Source: an uncultured bacterium
GTDB lineage: Bacteria; Acidobacteriota; Vicinamibacteria; Vicinamibacterales; UBA8438
Length of the DNA stretch: 64,000 nt
Direction of reading: 5' to 3'
Assembly: GCA_963934795.1 (NCBI GenBank)
Contig: CAWWAF010000002.1
Location: forward strand, 21,330-85,329
A model generated the notes under the pieces. The model saw only the letters and a list, made by a program, of their open reading frames with translations, was not told where the DNA came from and searched no databases. A program made the position numbers and the translations under genes. This document shows, in pieces, positions 36,259 to 49,740 of the stretch (its first letter is position 1; the number at the start of each line of letters is the position of its first letter).

Positions 36259-37572
36259 ATGGACCCTCTTCAGGCACTGGCAGGATTGCGACGATTCGGC
36301 ATCAAGCCGGGACTGGACGCGATCGGACGGGTCACCGCCGCGATGGGCGACCCCGCGTCGTCGTATCGCAGCATCATCGTCGCCGGCACCAACGGCAAGG
36401 GCTCAGTGGTGGCGATGACGGACGCCGCTCTCCGCTCCGCGGGCTACCGCGTGGGCCGCTACACCTCACCCCACCTGCGCACGCTGACCGAGCGCTTCGT
36501 GGTGGACGGAACGCCCATCTCGGAGCCAGATCTCCGCCAGGAGACCGCCGAGGTCCAGGCACGGGTTGACGATCTCGTCTCCACGGGAAGCCTGGCGCAG
36601 CCAGCCACGTTCTTTGAAATGACGACGGCGATCGCACTGTCCTGGTTCCGACGACGAGCGATTGACGTGGCGGTCCTGGAAGTCGGCATGGGGGGCCGGT
36701 TCGACGCCACCAACATCGTGACGCCGGTGGCGGGAGCCATCACCCCGATCGGCCTGGAGCACCAGGAATATCTGGGCGACACACTTGAGGCGATCGCGGC
36801 CGAAAAAGCGGGGATCATCAAGCCCGGCATGGTCGTGGCAACGACCGAGACGCGGCGCCAGTTGCTGACGATATTCGACGATACCTGCCGGGCGCGCGAC
36901 GCACGCCTGGTGTGCGCCAACCAGGGGTCGGAGGCGATCGTCAGCAGCGACCGCTTTCGGACGCTGCTGCGCCTCACGACCCCGAGACAGACCTACCCGC
37001 CGTTCCGTCTCGGGCTTGCCGGCGCTCATCAAGTGTCGAACGCAATCGGTGCGGCACGGCTCTTGGAGGAACTGTCGGGTGTCGGCCTCCCGGTGGCGAG
37101 TGAGGCGATCGTCAGCGGGCTCAGCGGCGTCGAATGGCCGGGCCGTTTGGACCTGGTCGAGGTCGAGCCTCACGGGGCTATCCTGTTCGATGCAGCCCAC
37201 AACCCGGCCGCAGCGGCCACCCTCGCCGCCTTCATTCGAAAAACCTACCCTCGTGGGCTGCCCCTCGTGGTCGGCGCCATGGCCGACAAAGATACGGACG
37301 GCATCATTGCGGCGCTGCGCCCCGCGGCGACGGAGTTCATCTGCACCGCCTCGGAGACGCCTCGCGCGGTCCCACCGTCTGAGCTCGCCGCTAGCGTCAG
37401 ACGAGTCGCTGGCGGAATTCCGGTGACGGAGGAAGCGGACCCCTGGCACGCGGTCGCCGCCGGGTGGAAACGCGACACCACGGTCTGCGTGACGGGCTCC
37501 CTCTTCCTCGTCGGTCAGGTGCTCTCCACCGCCGAATCCCTGGGCGCCACTCGGAGCGACGAAGCACGGTGA
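36259..37572 (+). CDS. folC: bifunctional folylpolyglutamate synthase/dihydrofolate synthase
   Basis: Part of the long ORF 35530..37572. Start taken at ATG 36259 (MDPLQALAGLRRFGIKPGL...); a GTG at 36241 is possible. Contains VAGTNGKGS and the Mur-ligase core. Confidence 0.9.
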   Translation: MDPLQALAGLRRFGIKPGLDAIGRVTAAMGDPASSYRSIIVAGTNGKGSVVAMTDAALRSAGYRVGRYTSPHLRTLTERFVVDGTPISEPDLRQETAEVQARVDDLVSTGSLAQPATFFEMTTAIALSWFRRRAIDVAVLEVGMGGRFDATNIVTPVAGAITPIGLEHQEYLGDTLEAIAAEKAGIIKPGMVVATTETRRQLLTIFDDTCRARDARLVCANQGSEAIVSSDRFRTLLRLTTPRQTYPPFRLGLAGAHQVSNAIGAARLLEELSGVGLPVASEAIVSGLSGVEWPGRLDLVEVEPHGAILFDAAHNPAAAATLAAFIRKTYPRGLPLVVGAMADKDTDGIIAALRPAATEFICTASETPRAVPPSELAASVRRVAGGIPVTEEADPWHAVAAGWKRDTTVCVTGSLFLVGQVLSTAESLGATRSDEAR

Positions 37573-37655
37573 AGGTCGGTATCCAGCGTGATATCCTTCG
37601 GGAGTCCTGCGCTGAGCGTCTTGCCGACCCTCGACGACAACCTCCCGCCTGCCGG

Positions 37656-39971
37656 ATGACTCGCTTCCTTCTGCTCTGCTCGCTCGTCGTGGCCGCGACG
37701 GCCAGCACCGCGCGCGCCCAGGTGCCGTCTTCCATCACCGAACAACGCAGCATGGAGATGACGCAGGACGGGAACCTAATCCTGTGGATAGGCGATGCCC
37801 AGTTGAGCGGTGGCGATGGCGACAACGCGTGGGAGTTCTTCGCCGATCGAATCGAATTCTACGTAGACGAATCACGACTGGTCGCAACCGGAAGCGTCGT
37901 GTTCATGTCGGGTGGCGCTCGGATCGCCGCCGAGCGGGCCGAATTCAACGCCGACGATTTCACGGGGACGTTCTTCGATGCGCGCGGCTCGAACCTCCTG
38001 GTCGAGGACGTGGTCCCAAGCATGTTCGGCACCTCAGAACCGGAAATGCAGTTCTGGGGCGAGCTCATGGAAAAGACCGGTCCTCGTACCTACAAGCTCA
38101 CACGCGGCGGTTTCACGTCGTGCGTCCAACCGACACCTCGGTGGGAGGTCCAGGCGGGTTCAGTCACGATGAACCTGGACCGGTACGCGTTACTGCGGAG
38201 CGCGGTGCTCAAAGTCAAGGGAGTCCCCCTGTTCTACCTCCCAATTCTGTACTACCCCATCCAGGAGGATGACCGTGCCACCGGCATCCTGATGCCCACC
38301 TACGGCGCCTCGACCATCCGAGGCCAGTCGATCAGCAATGCCTTTTTCTGGGCGATCAACCGAAGCCACGACGCCACACTGTTTCATGACCTCTTCACCT
38401 CGACTGGGCAGGCATATGGCGGGGAGTATCGCTACGTCGCGGGCCCGGGTTCGCAGGGGAACGCCGAGACCTACTTTCTGAACGAACGGGAAACCACCCT
38501 GACCGACCAGTTCGGCCCCGGCACGGGCGAATCGACGTTCCCGGCCCGACGAAGCTACCAGGTGCGAGGGAACGCGCGGCATCGCGTCTCGGACTCGATC
38601 ACCGCCCGCGGGCAGATCGACTACTTTTCCGACGTCACGGTGCAGCAGACCTACCAGACCAACGTGTTCGAAGCCTCGAACAGTTCCCGAAGCTTCGGGG
38701 GCAACGTCACCGGGTCGTGGGGCGCCTACACGCTTAGTGGCACCGGAGACGTCGCAGAGACGTTCTTCGGGGCGGACGACGCGAGTCAGTACGGCTCCGG
38801 ACCACGCGTCTCGTTCAATCAGTCCGAGCGTTCGCTGCTGGGCTCGCCGGTGTACTTCGGCTTCACTTCGGAGTACGCGAATCTGCTACGCCGGTCGCGC
38901 TTCCGTGACGAAGAAGTGAATTCCGGCTTGAATCGAATCGACGTCAGCCCGCTCGTGCGAGTGCCATTCACAAAATGGCCTTTCCTGACCGTGAACTCGT
39001 CCGTCGCCTGGCGACAGACCTACTGGACCGAGAGCATCGACGAGTTGGGGGCGCAGGTTGACACGGGGATCGGACGCTCGTTCGTCGACATGCAAGCGCT
39101 GATCACCGGGCCGGTGTTCGTCAAGGTGTGGGACACGCCCGGCAGCAGCTACTCGGAGCGCATGAAGCACGTCATTGAACCGCAACTGAGCGTGCAACGA
39201 GTCACCGCCGTCGACAACTTCGACCAGATAGTGCAGCTTGAGGGCACTGATTCCATCGTCGGCAATGTCACGCAGATCCGGTACGGACTCAACAACCGCC
39301 TCTACGCCAGGCGCGCCGAGGGCGGCGGAGCGGCGGTGGCGCAGGAGATTCTGACGGTCACGCTGGAGCAGAGCTACTACACCGATGAGAACGCCGCCAA
39401 TTTCGACCGCCAATTTCGAACCAGTTTCCAGGGTGAGAGTTCGGCACCGAGCAAGTTCTCCCCCGTCGCGATTACGGCGCGGGCCAATCCTACCAACCTC
39501 CTGTCCGGCACGTTTCGGGCCGAGTACGATACGCAGTTTTGGGCATTCCGCACGATCGGCGCTGATGCCAATCTCGAGATTGGCGGATGGTTTCAGCAGG
39601 TCACGGGCTGGAGCCAGCGCCGCTTCGTCGAAGGACTCAGCGGGTTCGACGTCCGCGACAACCTCGACCACTATGTGAATTCCTTCACGAACCTGAAGAC
39701 GTCTGACGACTCGATGGGCGGGGTATACCAGTTCAACTACGATGTTCTCGGTGGGCGGTTTCTTCAGCAGCGAATCGTGTGGTACTACAACGCCCAGTGC
39801 TGTGGCGTCGCGTTTGAATATCAATCGTACAACCTCGAGGGGCTCGGCACTCGAGTACGGGTCGCACAGGATCGGCGTTTCAATCTGTCGTTTACCCTGG
39901 CTGGCCTCTCGACGTTCTCGAACATGCTCGGGGCATTTGGTGTGGGCACCGGCGCTGGTGAGTTGCGCTAA
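37656..39971 (+). CDS. lptD: LPS-assembly protein LptD (OstA family)
   Basis: ORF 37464..39971. Start moved to ATG 37656 (MTRFLLLCSLVVAATASTARAQ signal peptide). N-terminal OstA-like domain followed by a large beta-barrel. Confidence 0.8.
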   Translation: MTRFLLLCSLVVAATASTARAQVPSSITEQRSMEMTQDGNLILWIGDAQLSGGDGDNAWEFFADRIEFYVDESRLVATGSVVFMSGGARIAAERAEFNADDFTGTFFDARGSNLLVEDVVPSMFGTSEPEMQFWGELMEKTGPRTYKLTRGGFTSCVQPTPRWEVQAGSVTMNLDRYALLRSAVLKVKGVPLFYLPILYYPIQEDDRATGILMPTYGASTIRGQSISNAFFWAINRSHDATLFHDLFTSTGQAYGGEYRYVAGPGSQGNAETYFLNERETTLTDQFGPGTGESTFPARRSYQVRGNARHRVSDSITARGQIDYFSDVTVQQTYQTNVFEASNSSRSFGGNVTGSWGAYTLSGTGDVAETFFGADDASQYGSGPRVSFNQSERSLLGSPVYFGFTSEYANLLRRSRFRDEEVNSGLNRIDVSPLVRVPFTKWPFLTVNSSVAWRQTYWTESIDELGAQVDTGIGRSFVDMQALITGPVFVKVWDTPGSSYSERMKHVIEPQLSVQRVTAVDNFDQIVQLEGTDSIVGNVTQIRYGLNNRLYARRAEGGGAAVAQEILTVTLEQSYYTDENAANFDRQFRTSFQGESSAPSKFSPVAITARANPTNLLSGTFRAEYDTQFWAFRTIGADANLEIGGWFQQVTGWSQRRFVEGLSGFDVRDNLDHYVNSFTNLKTSDDSMGGVYQFNYDVLGGRFLQQRIVWYYNAQCCGVAFEYQSYNLEGLGTRVRVAQDRRFNLSFTLAGLSTFSNMLGAFGVGTGAGELR

Positions 39972-40041
39972 TAATGGAGCACATGCAGTTGACCTCACCC
40001 CCAGCGCTCATACTCAGCGGGCAGACGGAAATCGGTAGCCG

Positions 40042-41079
40042 ATGACGGAGCCTACAGTATCGGTGCTTGTGACCGGCGGAGCCGGATTCATCGGCAGTAA
40101 TTTCGTCCTCTACGCCCTGGCCGCCCACCCGGAGTGGCGGATCACGACTCTCGACAAGCTGACCTACGCCGGCCGCCTGGAGAACCTCCGCGATGTGATC
40201 GATGACCCGCGTCATCGGTTCGTCGAGGGTGACGTGTGCGATCCCGTGGTGGCCGACCCATTGGTGCGGGAGTCAGATGTCATCGTGCACTTCGCGGCCG
40301 AGACCCATGTTGACCGTTCGTTGCAGGATGCGGGCGCGTTCATCACAACGGACGTCTATGGCAGCTTCGTGCTGCTCGACGCCGCCCGCAAGGCCGGCCG
40401 CGTGCGCCGATTCATCCAGATCTCGACCGATGAGGTTTACGGCAGCGTCGAGACCGGCTCGAGCACCGAGGTCGACGAACTCAAGCCGCGCAACCCGTAC
40501 GCCGCAAGCAAGGCGGGCGCGGACCGGTTGGCCTACAGCTATTGGGCCACGCACGGGGTACCTGTCATCATCACGCGTGCGTCGAACAACTATGGCCCTC
40601 GGCAGTTTCCAGAGAAGGTCATTCCGTTGTTCGTGACCAATGCCATCGACCAGCTTCCAGTTCCTCTGTACGGGGACGGACGCAACATCCGGGACTGGCT
40701 GCATGTCGAGGACCACTGCCGCGCGGTGGATCTGTTGATCGACGCGGGCGACAACGGCGAGGTCTATAACGTCGGCGGCGGCAACGAGGTCGAGAACCTC
40801 GACCTGACCCACCGGATCCTGAGCGAGCTCGATCGGCCGGCCTCCCTGATCACACCGGTCGAGGACAGGCTGGGGCACGACCGGCGCTATTCGCTCGACA
40901 CGACAAAACTGCGAGCCCTGGGCTGGCAGCCCCGCCACGCGTTCGACGAAGGTCTGCAGACCACCGTGGCGTGGTATCGAGACAACGAGTGGTGGTGGCG
41001 GCCTATCAAGGAGGCGAACCCTGCCTACCGCGAGTACTACGAAACCCAGTATCGGAACCGAGCGACCCAGACCAGCTAG
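40042..41079 (+). CDS. rfbB: dTDP-glucose 4,6-dehydratase
   Basis: VTGGAGFIGSNFV, the YAASKA catalytic motif, and overall RfbB layout. Confidence 0.95.
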   Translation: MTEPTVSVLVTGGAGFIGSNFVLYALAAHPEWRITTLDKLTYAGRLENLRDVIDDPRHRFVEGDVCDPVVADPLVRESDVIVHFAAETHVDRSLQDAGAFITTDVYGSFVLLDAARKAGRVRRFIQISTDEVYGSVETGSSTEVDELKPRNPYAASKAGADRLAYSYWATHGVPVIITRASNNYGPRQFPEKVIPLFVTNAIDQLPVPLYGDGRNIRDWLHVEDHCRAVDLLIDAGDNGEVYNVGGGNEVENLDLTHRILSELDRPASLITPVEDRLGHDRRYSLDTTKLRALGWQPRHAFDEGLQTTVAWYRDNEWWWRPIKEANPAYREYYETQYRNRATQTS

Positions 41080-42056
41080 TGTCAGAAACAATCCTGGTCA
41101 CGGGGGCAGCCGGCTTTGTCGGCAGCCATCTGCTCAGACTGCTGAGCGGTCGCCACACCTCATCGACACTCGTCGCCTGGCGACGCCCTCAGACTCAGGG
41201 TGGGTCGGCCGACACTGGGGCCGGGCCGACACCCGGAGACGGCCGTGTCCGCTGGGCCGACGTCGATTTGCTGGACGCGCGCACGGTCTCCCAGGCGATC
41301 ACAGAGATCAAACCCACGCAGGTGTATCACTGTGCCGGCGTCGCGAGCGTCGGAGATTCCTGGTCCAACAGCTACGCGACCTTGCGCACGAACGTGTTGG
41401 GGACCGAGCACCTGCTGGCCGCACTGCGTGATCACGCGCCAGAGGCGCGCACGCTGATACCGGGGTCAGCCCTTGTCTACAAGCCGTCGGATACGGCGAT
41501 CGACGAAACCGGAGCACTTGGTCCGGTCAGTCCCTACGGCCTCAGCAAACTCGCCCAAGAAATGGTTGGCCTCGCCGCCGCTCGACAGGACGGCTTGGCG
41601 GTGCTGGTCACCCGCTCGTTCACACACGTCGGCCCGGGACAATCGCTCGGCTTCGCCGCGTCGAGTTTTGCCCACCAGATCGCCAGAATCGAGGCTGGGC
41701 AGGCCTCACCGGTGCTCTCTGTGGGCAACCTCGAGTCCAAACGGGATCTCACAGACGTGCGGGACACGGTCCGCGCCTACCATCTTTTAATGTCGGCTGG
41801 CATCCCGGCGACGCCCTACAATGTGTGCACCGGGACCGCGCACCGAACCGGAGCCGTGCTGGACGGCCTGATAGCATGCGCAGCGGTGGACGTCACTGTC
41901 CAGCAGGCCCCCGGGCGCATGCGGCCGAGTGACAATCCGTTGCTGCTCGGTGACCCCTCCCGCCTCAAGCGCGCGGTCGGCTGGGAGCCTGAAATTCCCC
42001 TCGAAGCGACTCTGTCTGGTCTGCTTGATTACTGGCGCGCGGCCATCACTGGCTAG
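41079..42056 (+). CDS. NAD-dependent epimerase/dehydratase family protein (GDP-sugar reductase, Rmd-like)
   Basis: In frame within ORF 40971..42056. The GTG at 41079 overlaps the rfbB TAG (TAGTG). Contains VTGAAGFVGSHL and YGLSKLA (YxxxK). Confidence 0.8.
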   Translation: MSETILVTGAAGFVGSHLLRLLSGRHTSSTLVAWRRPQTQGGSADTGAGPTPGDGRVRWADVDLLDARTVSQAITEIKPTQVYHCAGVASVGDSWSNSYATLRTNVLGTEHLLAALRDHAPEARTLIPGSALVYKPSDTAIDETGALGPVSPYGLSKLAQEMVGLAAARQDGLAVLVTRSFTHVGPGQSLGFAASSFAHQIARIEAGQASPVLSVGNLESKRDLTDVRDTVRAYHLLMSAGIPATPYNVCTGTAHRTGAVLDGLIACAAVDVTVQQAPGRMRPSDNPLLLGDPSRLKRAVGWEPEIPLEATLSGLLDYWRAAITG

Positions 42057-42125
42057 CCAAAGTCCGGACGCACCCCCCACCGACCACGACTTGCACGAGT
42101 GTGATCGCGCCCGCATAATGGCCCT

Positions 42126-44529
<2,404 letters not shown>

Positions 44530-44550
44530 TTAATTTTGCGAAAGGACGTC

Positions 44551-45825
44551 ATGCCTCCGATCACCGACAGCCCGGTGAGCCCACGCCAGCGGCCCCTCCG
44601 AGACAGCGATCCCGCCATTGCGGTCGTCCTCCGTGACGAGACGACGCGACAGAACACCGGTCTCGAGTTGATCGCATCCGAGAATTTCGTGAGCCGGGCC
44701 GTCCTGGAGGCGGCCGGTTCGGTGCTGACCAATAAATACGCGGAGGGATATCCCGGCCGTCGGTACTACGGCGGCTGCGAGCATGTCGACGTCGCCGAGT
44801 CGCTGGCCATCCAACGGGCGTTGGCGCTCTTTGGCGCCGACCACGCGAACGTGCAGCCGCATTCCGGCGCACAGGCGAACATGGCTGCCTACTTCGCGCT
44901 CGTTCGCGCCGGCGACACCGTGCTCGGCATGGACCTGGCGCACGGCGGGCACCTCTCGCATGGTCACCCACTCAACTTCTCCGGCCAGCTGTATACCATC
45001 GTGCCGTACGGAGTGCGCCGGGACGACCAGCGTATCGACTACGACGAGTTGGAGCGGTTGGCTCGCGAGCACACGCCCAAGATGATTATGGTCGGGGCCA
45101 GTGCCTATCCGCGCATCATCGACTTCGCCCGTATCCGCCAGGTGGCGGACGACGTGGGCGCGGTCATGGTTACCGATATGGCGCACATTGCCGGCCTCGT
45201 GGCGACCGGGGTCCACCCCAGCCCCGTCCCGCATTCCGACATCGTCACGACCACGACACACAAGACATTGCGCGGCCCACGAGGAGGTCTGGTGCTCTGC
45301 CGAGAGGCACACGCCAAGGCCGTCAATCGGGCACTGTTCCCCGGCGTGCAGGGCGGCCCGCTGATGCATGTGATTGCCGCCAAGGCGGTGTGCTTCAAGG
45401 AAGCGTCGGAACCGGCGTTCGTGGACTACCAACGCCAGACAGTCGCGAATGCGGCGCGGCTTGGCACAGCTCTCGTCGATGCCGGGTTCAGACTCGTCAG
45501 CGGCGGCACGGACAATCACCTCCTGTTGGTCGACGTCTTCTCAAAAGGCATCACCGGCAAAGTAGCCGAGGCGGCCCTGGGCAAGGCGGGCATTACCGTC
45601 AACAAGAACGCGATCCCGTTCGACGAAAACCCGCCGATGGTCGCCAGCGGTATCCGCATCGGCACACCAGCCATCACGACACGCGGTATGGCCGAACCGG
45701 AGATGGACATGATCGCCGGCTTCATCGCTCGCGTTCTCGCTGACCCGGACGACGCGGCGGTGGGCACCATGGTGCGAGCGGAGGTACAGACGCTGTGCGA
45801 CCGGTTTCCCCTGTATCCGGCATGA
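44551..45825 (+). CDS. glyA: serine hydroxymethyltransferase
   Basis: In frame within ORF 44413..45825; start taken at ATG 44551. Contains LELIASENF, the [17 protein letters not shown]-lysine motif, and [11 protein letters not shown]. Confidence 0.95.
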   Translation: MPPITDSPVSPRQRPLRDSDPAIAVVLRDETTRQNTGLELIASENFVSRAVLEAAGSVLTNKYAEGYPGRRYYGGCEHVDVAESLAIQRALALFGADHANVQPHSGAQANMAAYFALVRAGDTVLGMDLAHGGHLSHGHPLNFSGQLYTIVPYGVRRDDQRIDYDELERLAREHTPKMIMVGASAYPRIIDFARIRQVADDVGAVMVTDMAHIAGLVATGVHPSPVPHSDIVTTTTHKTLRGPRGGLVLCREAHAKAVNRALFPGVQGGPLMHVIAAKAVCFKEASEPAFVDYQRQTVANAARLGTALVDAGFRLVSGGTDNHLLLVDVFSKGITGKVAEAALGKAGITVNKNAIPFDENPPMVASGIRIGTPAITTRGMAEPEMDMIAGFIARVLADPDDAAVGTMVRAEVQTLCDRFPLYPA

Positions 45826-45873
45826 CCGGATAGCCGGTCCGGACGTCGGTAGAGCGGTAGGGCTTCAGACCAC

Positions 45874-47859
45874 ATGGACATCGCGCAACAGGACACCGAG
45901 TCCCCTATCCTCGCGTCGTCGCTCCCCGAACGGGTTGAGGCCGCGTTCGCGGAGGGCGGCGCCCTGAGTCAGGCCCTGCCGGCATTTGAGGCGCGAGCCA
46001 GTCAACGTGAGATGGCGGTCGGGGTCGCCGAAATATTCGAAAGCGGGGGTGTCCTGCTCGCCGAAGCGGGAACCGGGATCGGGAAGACCCTGGCCTACCT
46101 CGTACCGGCCATCCTCAGCGGTCACCGCGTCTTGCTCTCGACCGGAACGAAGCAGCTCCAGGATCAGATCTACTACAAGGACCTGCCGGCTCTTCGCCAG
46201 GCGCTGGACGCGCGCTTCACGGCCACTTACATGAAGGGCCGGGGGAATTACCTGTGTCTCCATCGCTTCGACGCGTATCACAACGGAGACGAAGCGCGGA
46301 CTCCGACGGACCAGGGGTATGTGGAGGACATTGCCGAGTGGGCTCGCCAGACCGAGACCGGCGATCGGACGGAGATCGAGGACCTCCCCGACGACCTTCC
46401 ATTCTGGGGAGAGATTTCGGCCACGTCCGAGAACTGCGTCGGGACCGACTGCCCACAGTACGACGAGTGCTTCGTGACGCGGATGCGGCGCCAGGCTGCC
46501 GAGTCCGACCTCGTTATCGTGAACCATCACCTGCTGTGCGCCGACGCCGCGGTACGCCAGTCCGCCTACGGCGAGGTGATTCCGGCCTGCCACTATGCGG
46601 TCATCGATGAGGCCCATCAGCTCGAAGATGTCGCGACGCAGTACTTCGGCGTGTCGATCAGCACCTACCGGCTCGAACGTCTCGTCGGCGACGCCACCCG
46701 GTATCTCGACCGCGACGTGGCTGACACGCCTGACGCGGCGGACCACGCCCGAGCCGATCTCGACCGGATAGAACGCTTGAGCGTGCTGTTCTTCGGTGCC
46801 GTGCAGAGGCATCTCCCTACAGCCGACCGCACGCGGCTCTCCGCTGACATCCTGGCGCCGGTCATGGAGTTAGGCCGACGGCTGTCGAGCGCCCTCCGCG
46901 CGCTCGAAGACACGGTCGCGCCCCTCACCGACCACTCCGAAGACCTCCGTTCGCTCGGACGCCGTGCACGGGAGCTCGGCGACCAGCTTGACTTCGTCCT
47001 GGATGCGGCGGACATCGGTTTCGTCTATTTTCTAGAGCGGAGGGGGCGCGGCGTGTTCCTGCGAGCATCGCCAGTCGACGTGTCTTCGATCATCCGGGAA
47101 CTACTGCTCGAGCGGATGAACGCCACCGTGCTGACCTCCGCGACACTCGCCGTAGACGAGTCGTTCGAATACCAGCGCTCGCGCCTCGGCATTCTCGACG
47201 CCGCCGAAATCAGGCTGACGTCGGAGTTCGACTACGCCGATCAGACCGTGCTGTATCTGCCGTCCGACATGCCGGAACCCCGCGCGCCGGACTTCACGCG
47301 GGCAGCGGCCAACCACATCACCACGTTGCTGGAGGCGACCCGCGGACGTGCCTTCGTCTTGTTCACGAGCTACGCGAACCTGCGGCACGTGCACCAGCTG
47401 ATCGCAACCAGCAGCCGGTTTCCTCTTCTGGTGCAAGGCACCGCCCCGCGGTCCGTGCTGCTCCGCAACTTCCGCGCGACCCCGAATGCCGTCCTGCTGG
47501 CCACCTCCAGTTTCTGGCAGGGGGTCGACGTGGCCGGCGACACCTTGAGCTGCGTCATCATCGACAAGCTACCCTTCACGCCGCCCGGTGACCCGATCAC
47601 CGCTGCACGCATGGACGCTATCGCTCGGGACGGTGGCAGCCCGTTCTCGGACTATCAGGTGCCCCTGGCCATCCTCACCCTGTTGCAAGGGATCGGCCGC
47701 CTCATTCGACACCGGCAAGACCGCGGGGTGCTGTCGATCCTCGACCCCCGGATGCTCACCAAGGCGTATGGTCGGCGTTTCCTGGCATCGCTACCACCGT
47801 CGCCGATCGTTCGGGACATTGGCGATGTGCAGGAGTTCTTGTCCCGGAAAGGCATGTAG
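45874..47859 (+). CDS. ATP-dependent DNA helicase, DinG/XPD (Rad3) family
   Basis: Walker A AGTGIGKT, an Fe-S cluster Cys set (C...CVGTDCPQYDEC), a DEAH-like VIDEAHQL box, and C-terminal helicase motifs. Confidence 0.85.
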   Translation: MDIAQQDTESPILASSLPERVEAAFAEGGALSQALPAFEARASQREMAVGVAEIFESGGVLLAEAGTGIGKTLAYLVPAILSGHRVLLSTGTKQLQDQIYYKDLPALRQALDARFTATYMKGRGNYLCLHRFDAYHNGDEARTPTDQGYVEDIAEWARQTETGDRTEIEDLPDDLPFWGEISATSENCVGTDCPQYDECFVTRMRRQAAESDLVIVNHHLLCADAAVRQSAYGEVIPACHYAVIDEAHQLEDVATQYFGVSISTYRLERLVGDATRYLDRDVADTPDAADHARADLDRIERLSVLFFGAVQRHLPTADRTRLSADILAPVMELGRRLSSALRALEDTVAPLTDHSEDLRSLGRRARELGDQLDFVLDAADIGFVYFLERRGRGVFLRASPVDVSSIIRELLLERMNATVLTSATLAVDESFEYQRSRLGILDAAEIRLTSEFDYADQTVLYLPSDMPEPRAPDFTRAAANHITTLLEATRGRAFVLFTSYANLRHVHQLIATSSRFPLLVQGTAPRSVLLRNFRATPNAVLLATSSFWQGVDVAGDTLSCVIIDKLPFTPPGDPITAARMDAIARDGGSPFSDYQVPLAILTLLQGIGRLIRHRQDRGVLSILDPRMLTKAYGRRFLASLPPSPIVRDIGDVQEFLSRKGM

Positions 47860-47868
47860 ACTGGCACC

Positions 47869-48846
47869 GTGGTTACCGTGAAGCTCGGTGTACGCCCCCT
47901 CTGGGGTCTACTCGCGGTGTGGGGCCTCCTGGCCGGCGCGTTTCCGGTATTCGCGCAAGACAGCGGCTCGGTACGAGGCCTGGTCACCAGCAGCGGAGGT
48001 GACCCGGTGCCCAACGCGGCGGTGGCCGTGGTACCGCTCGGCCTGACCGCCGCACGCCACGACGCGACGACCGACGAGTTCGGCCGCTTCGAACAGGCGG
48101 GGCTACCGCCAGGCCACTACAGCGTAAGCGCCGAAACCAACGCTTTGGGCAGTCAGATCTTTCGCATACTTGTCCAGGCCGGCGGTGCCGCCGACGTTCA
48201 TTTCATCCTGGAAGCGGGACGCGCGGCGGCCACCTGGCTGCGTGCGCCCAGCAACGACCGCGCGGCGGCGGGCGCCGCTTTCGAGGCTGGCGTACAGGCG
48301 AACCGTTCGGGTGATGTCGACCAGGCGATCGAGCACTTCGAAGCGGCACTACGCGTCATGCCCTCGTGCCTCGATTGTCATTTCAACATCGGGATCGCCT
48401 ACAGCCAGCAGGGACAATTAGAGGCCGCCGAAGCCGCGTTTCGCCGAGCCCTCGACGTCCGAGCAGACTATGCCGCCGCCTACTACGGACTCTCGAGCCT
48501 GTACTCCAAGCAGAATCGACCGGACGAGGCGGCGGACGCACGCAGCGAGGCCAACCGGATCACAGTCCGCTCTATCGAGGCCGGCAAAGACCGCGCGCGT
48601 GAGACGCTGGCTCGCGGCCAGACATTTCTCAGTTCCGGTAATGCCGAGGACGCAATACGGCAGTTCGACAGCGCGGTGTCGGCCGACCCCACGCTTGTCG
48701 ACGCCCACTACTGGCTGGGCCGAGCGCATGACGTCGCCGGCAACCCGTCGGCGGCCCATCTTGCGTTTACCGGCTACCTCGGTGCGTCGCCAGGGGGCGA
48801 ATTTGCAGAGGACGCGAGACGCCGCCTGGAGACGTTGGATCGCTGA
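47869..48846 (+). CDS. secreted carboxypeptidase-regulatory-like domain plus TPR-repeat protein
   Basis: Signal peptide, a GSVRGLVTSSGGDPVPNAAVAVV... Ig-like domain, then TPR repeats. Confidence 0.7.
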   Translation: MVTVKLGVRPLWGLLAVWGLLAGAFPVFAQDSGSVRGLVTSSGGDPVPNAAVAVVPLGLTAARHDATTDEFGRFEQAGLPPGHYSVSAETNALGSQIFRILVQAGGAADVHFILEAGRAAATWLRAPSNDRAAAGAAFEAGVQANRSGDVDQAIEHFEAALRVMPSCLDCHFNIGIAYSQQGQLEAAEAAFRRALDVRADYAAAYYGLSSLYSKQNRPDEAADARSEANRITVRSIEAGKDRARETLARGQTFLSSGNAEDAIRQFDSAVSADPTLVDAHYWLGRAHDVAGNPSAAHLAFTGYLGASPGGEFAEDARRRLETLDR

Positions 48847-48866
48847 TCGCCCGTTTCGAGGCCGCC

Positions 48867-49580
48867 ATGGATCTCGCACCTCGCGTTGCCGCTAACCTCG
48901 TCTCTGTGACCGACCGGGTCGCGGCGGCGGCGGCCCGAAGCGGCCGAACGCCAGCCGACATCCGGCTCGTCGCCGTCTCAAAAACTTTCGGGGTCGACTA
49001 CGTCGAGGCCGCGGTATCAGCCGGCCTCAACGACCTGGGAGAGAACAAGGTCCAGGAGGCCGCGCGCAAGAAGGCCGCCACCTCCGCGCGTGGGCTCACC
49101 TGGCACTTCATCGGGCACCTGCAATCGAACAAGGCCCGTGTGGCGGCGGAGACGTTCGACTGGATTCACTCCGTTGACAGCGTCTCGCTGCTGCGCCGGC
49201 TGGACCGCGCGGCGACCGACCTGCATCGGTCACTGAACGTGCTCGTCCAGGTCGATCTCGCCGGCGAGACCACGAAGCATGGCGGGTCCGTCGCCGAAGT
49301 GCAGCGCGTCATCGACGCCGCGCCGTCGTGCGAATCCGTTTCTGTCCGAGGCCTCATGGTGCTTCCTCCCTGGTCACCGGACCCTGAGCAGACTCGGCCC
49401 TTCTTTCGCCAGCTACGCCAGTTGCGCGACCAGTGCGCGGCGGCGACCGGGCGCGGCCTGCAGCTCGATCAGCTCTCCATGGGCATGAGCCACGACTTCG
49501 AGGTCGCCATCGAGGAAGGGGCCACCATCGTCAGAGTCGGCACCGCTCTGTTCGGACCAAGACCCCTGCCTCAATCGTAG
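48867..49580 (+). CDS. yggS: YggS family pyridoxal phosphate homeostasis protein
   Basis: LVAVSKT (PLP lysine), HFIGHLQSNK, LSMGMSHDFEVAIEEGAT. Confidence 0.9.
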   Translation: MDLAPRVAANLVSVTDRVAAAAARSGRTPADIRLVAVSKTFGVDYVEAAVSAGLNDLGENKVQEAARKKAATSARGLTWHFIGHLQSNKARVAAETFDWIHSVDSVSLLRRLDRAATDLHRSLNVLVQVDLAGETTKHGGSVAEVQRVIDAAPSCESVSVRGLMVLPPWSPDPEQTRPFFRQLRQLRDQCAAATGRGLQLDQLSMGMSHDFEVAIEEGATIVRVGTALFGPRPLPQS

Positions 49581-49740
49581 CCGCGCATCACCGCTGCAGT
49601 TGTCCGCCCGAACGACCGACAGCACACCTGAATGATGCGGGCGGACATTGAAGGCGCCGGGGGCTCCTCTCAACGCCGGAGGGTGTATACCCCGTCCCGT
49701 TGACGCGGGAGTGGCGGGCGGCCCACGGTGGAGACAGACG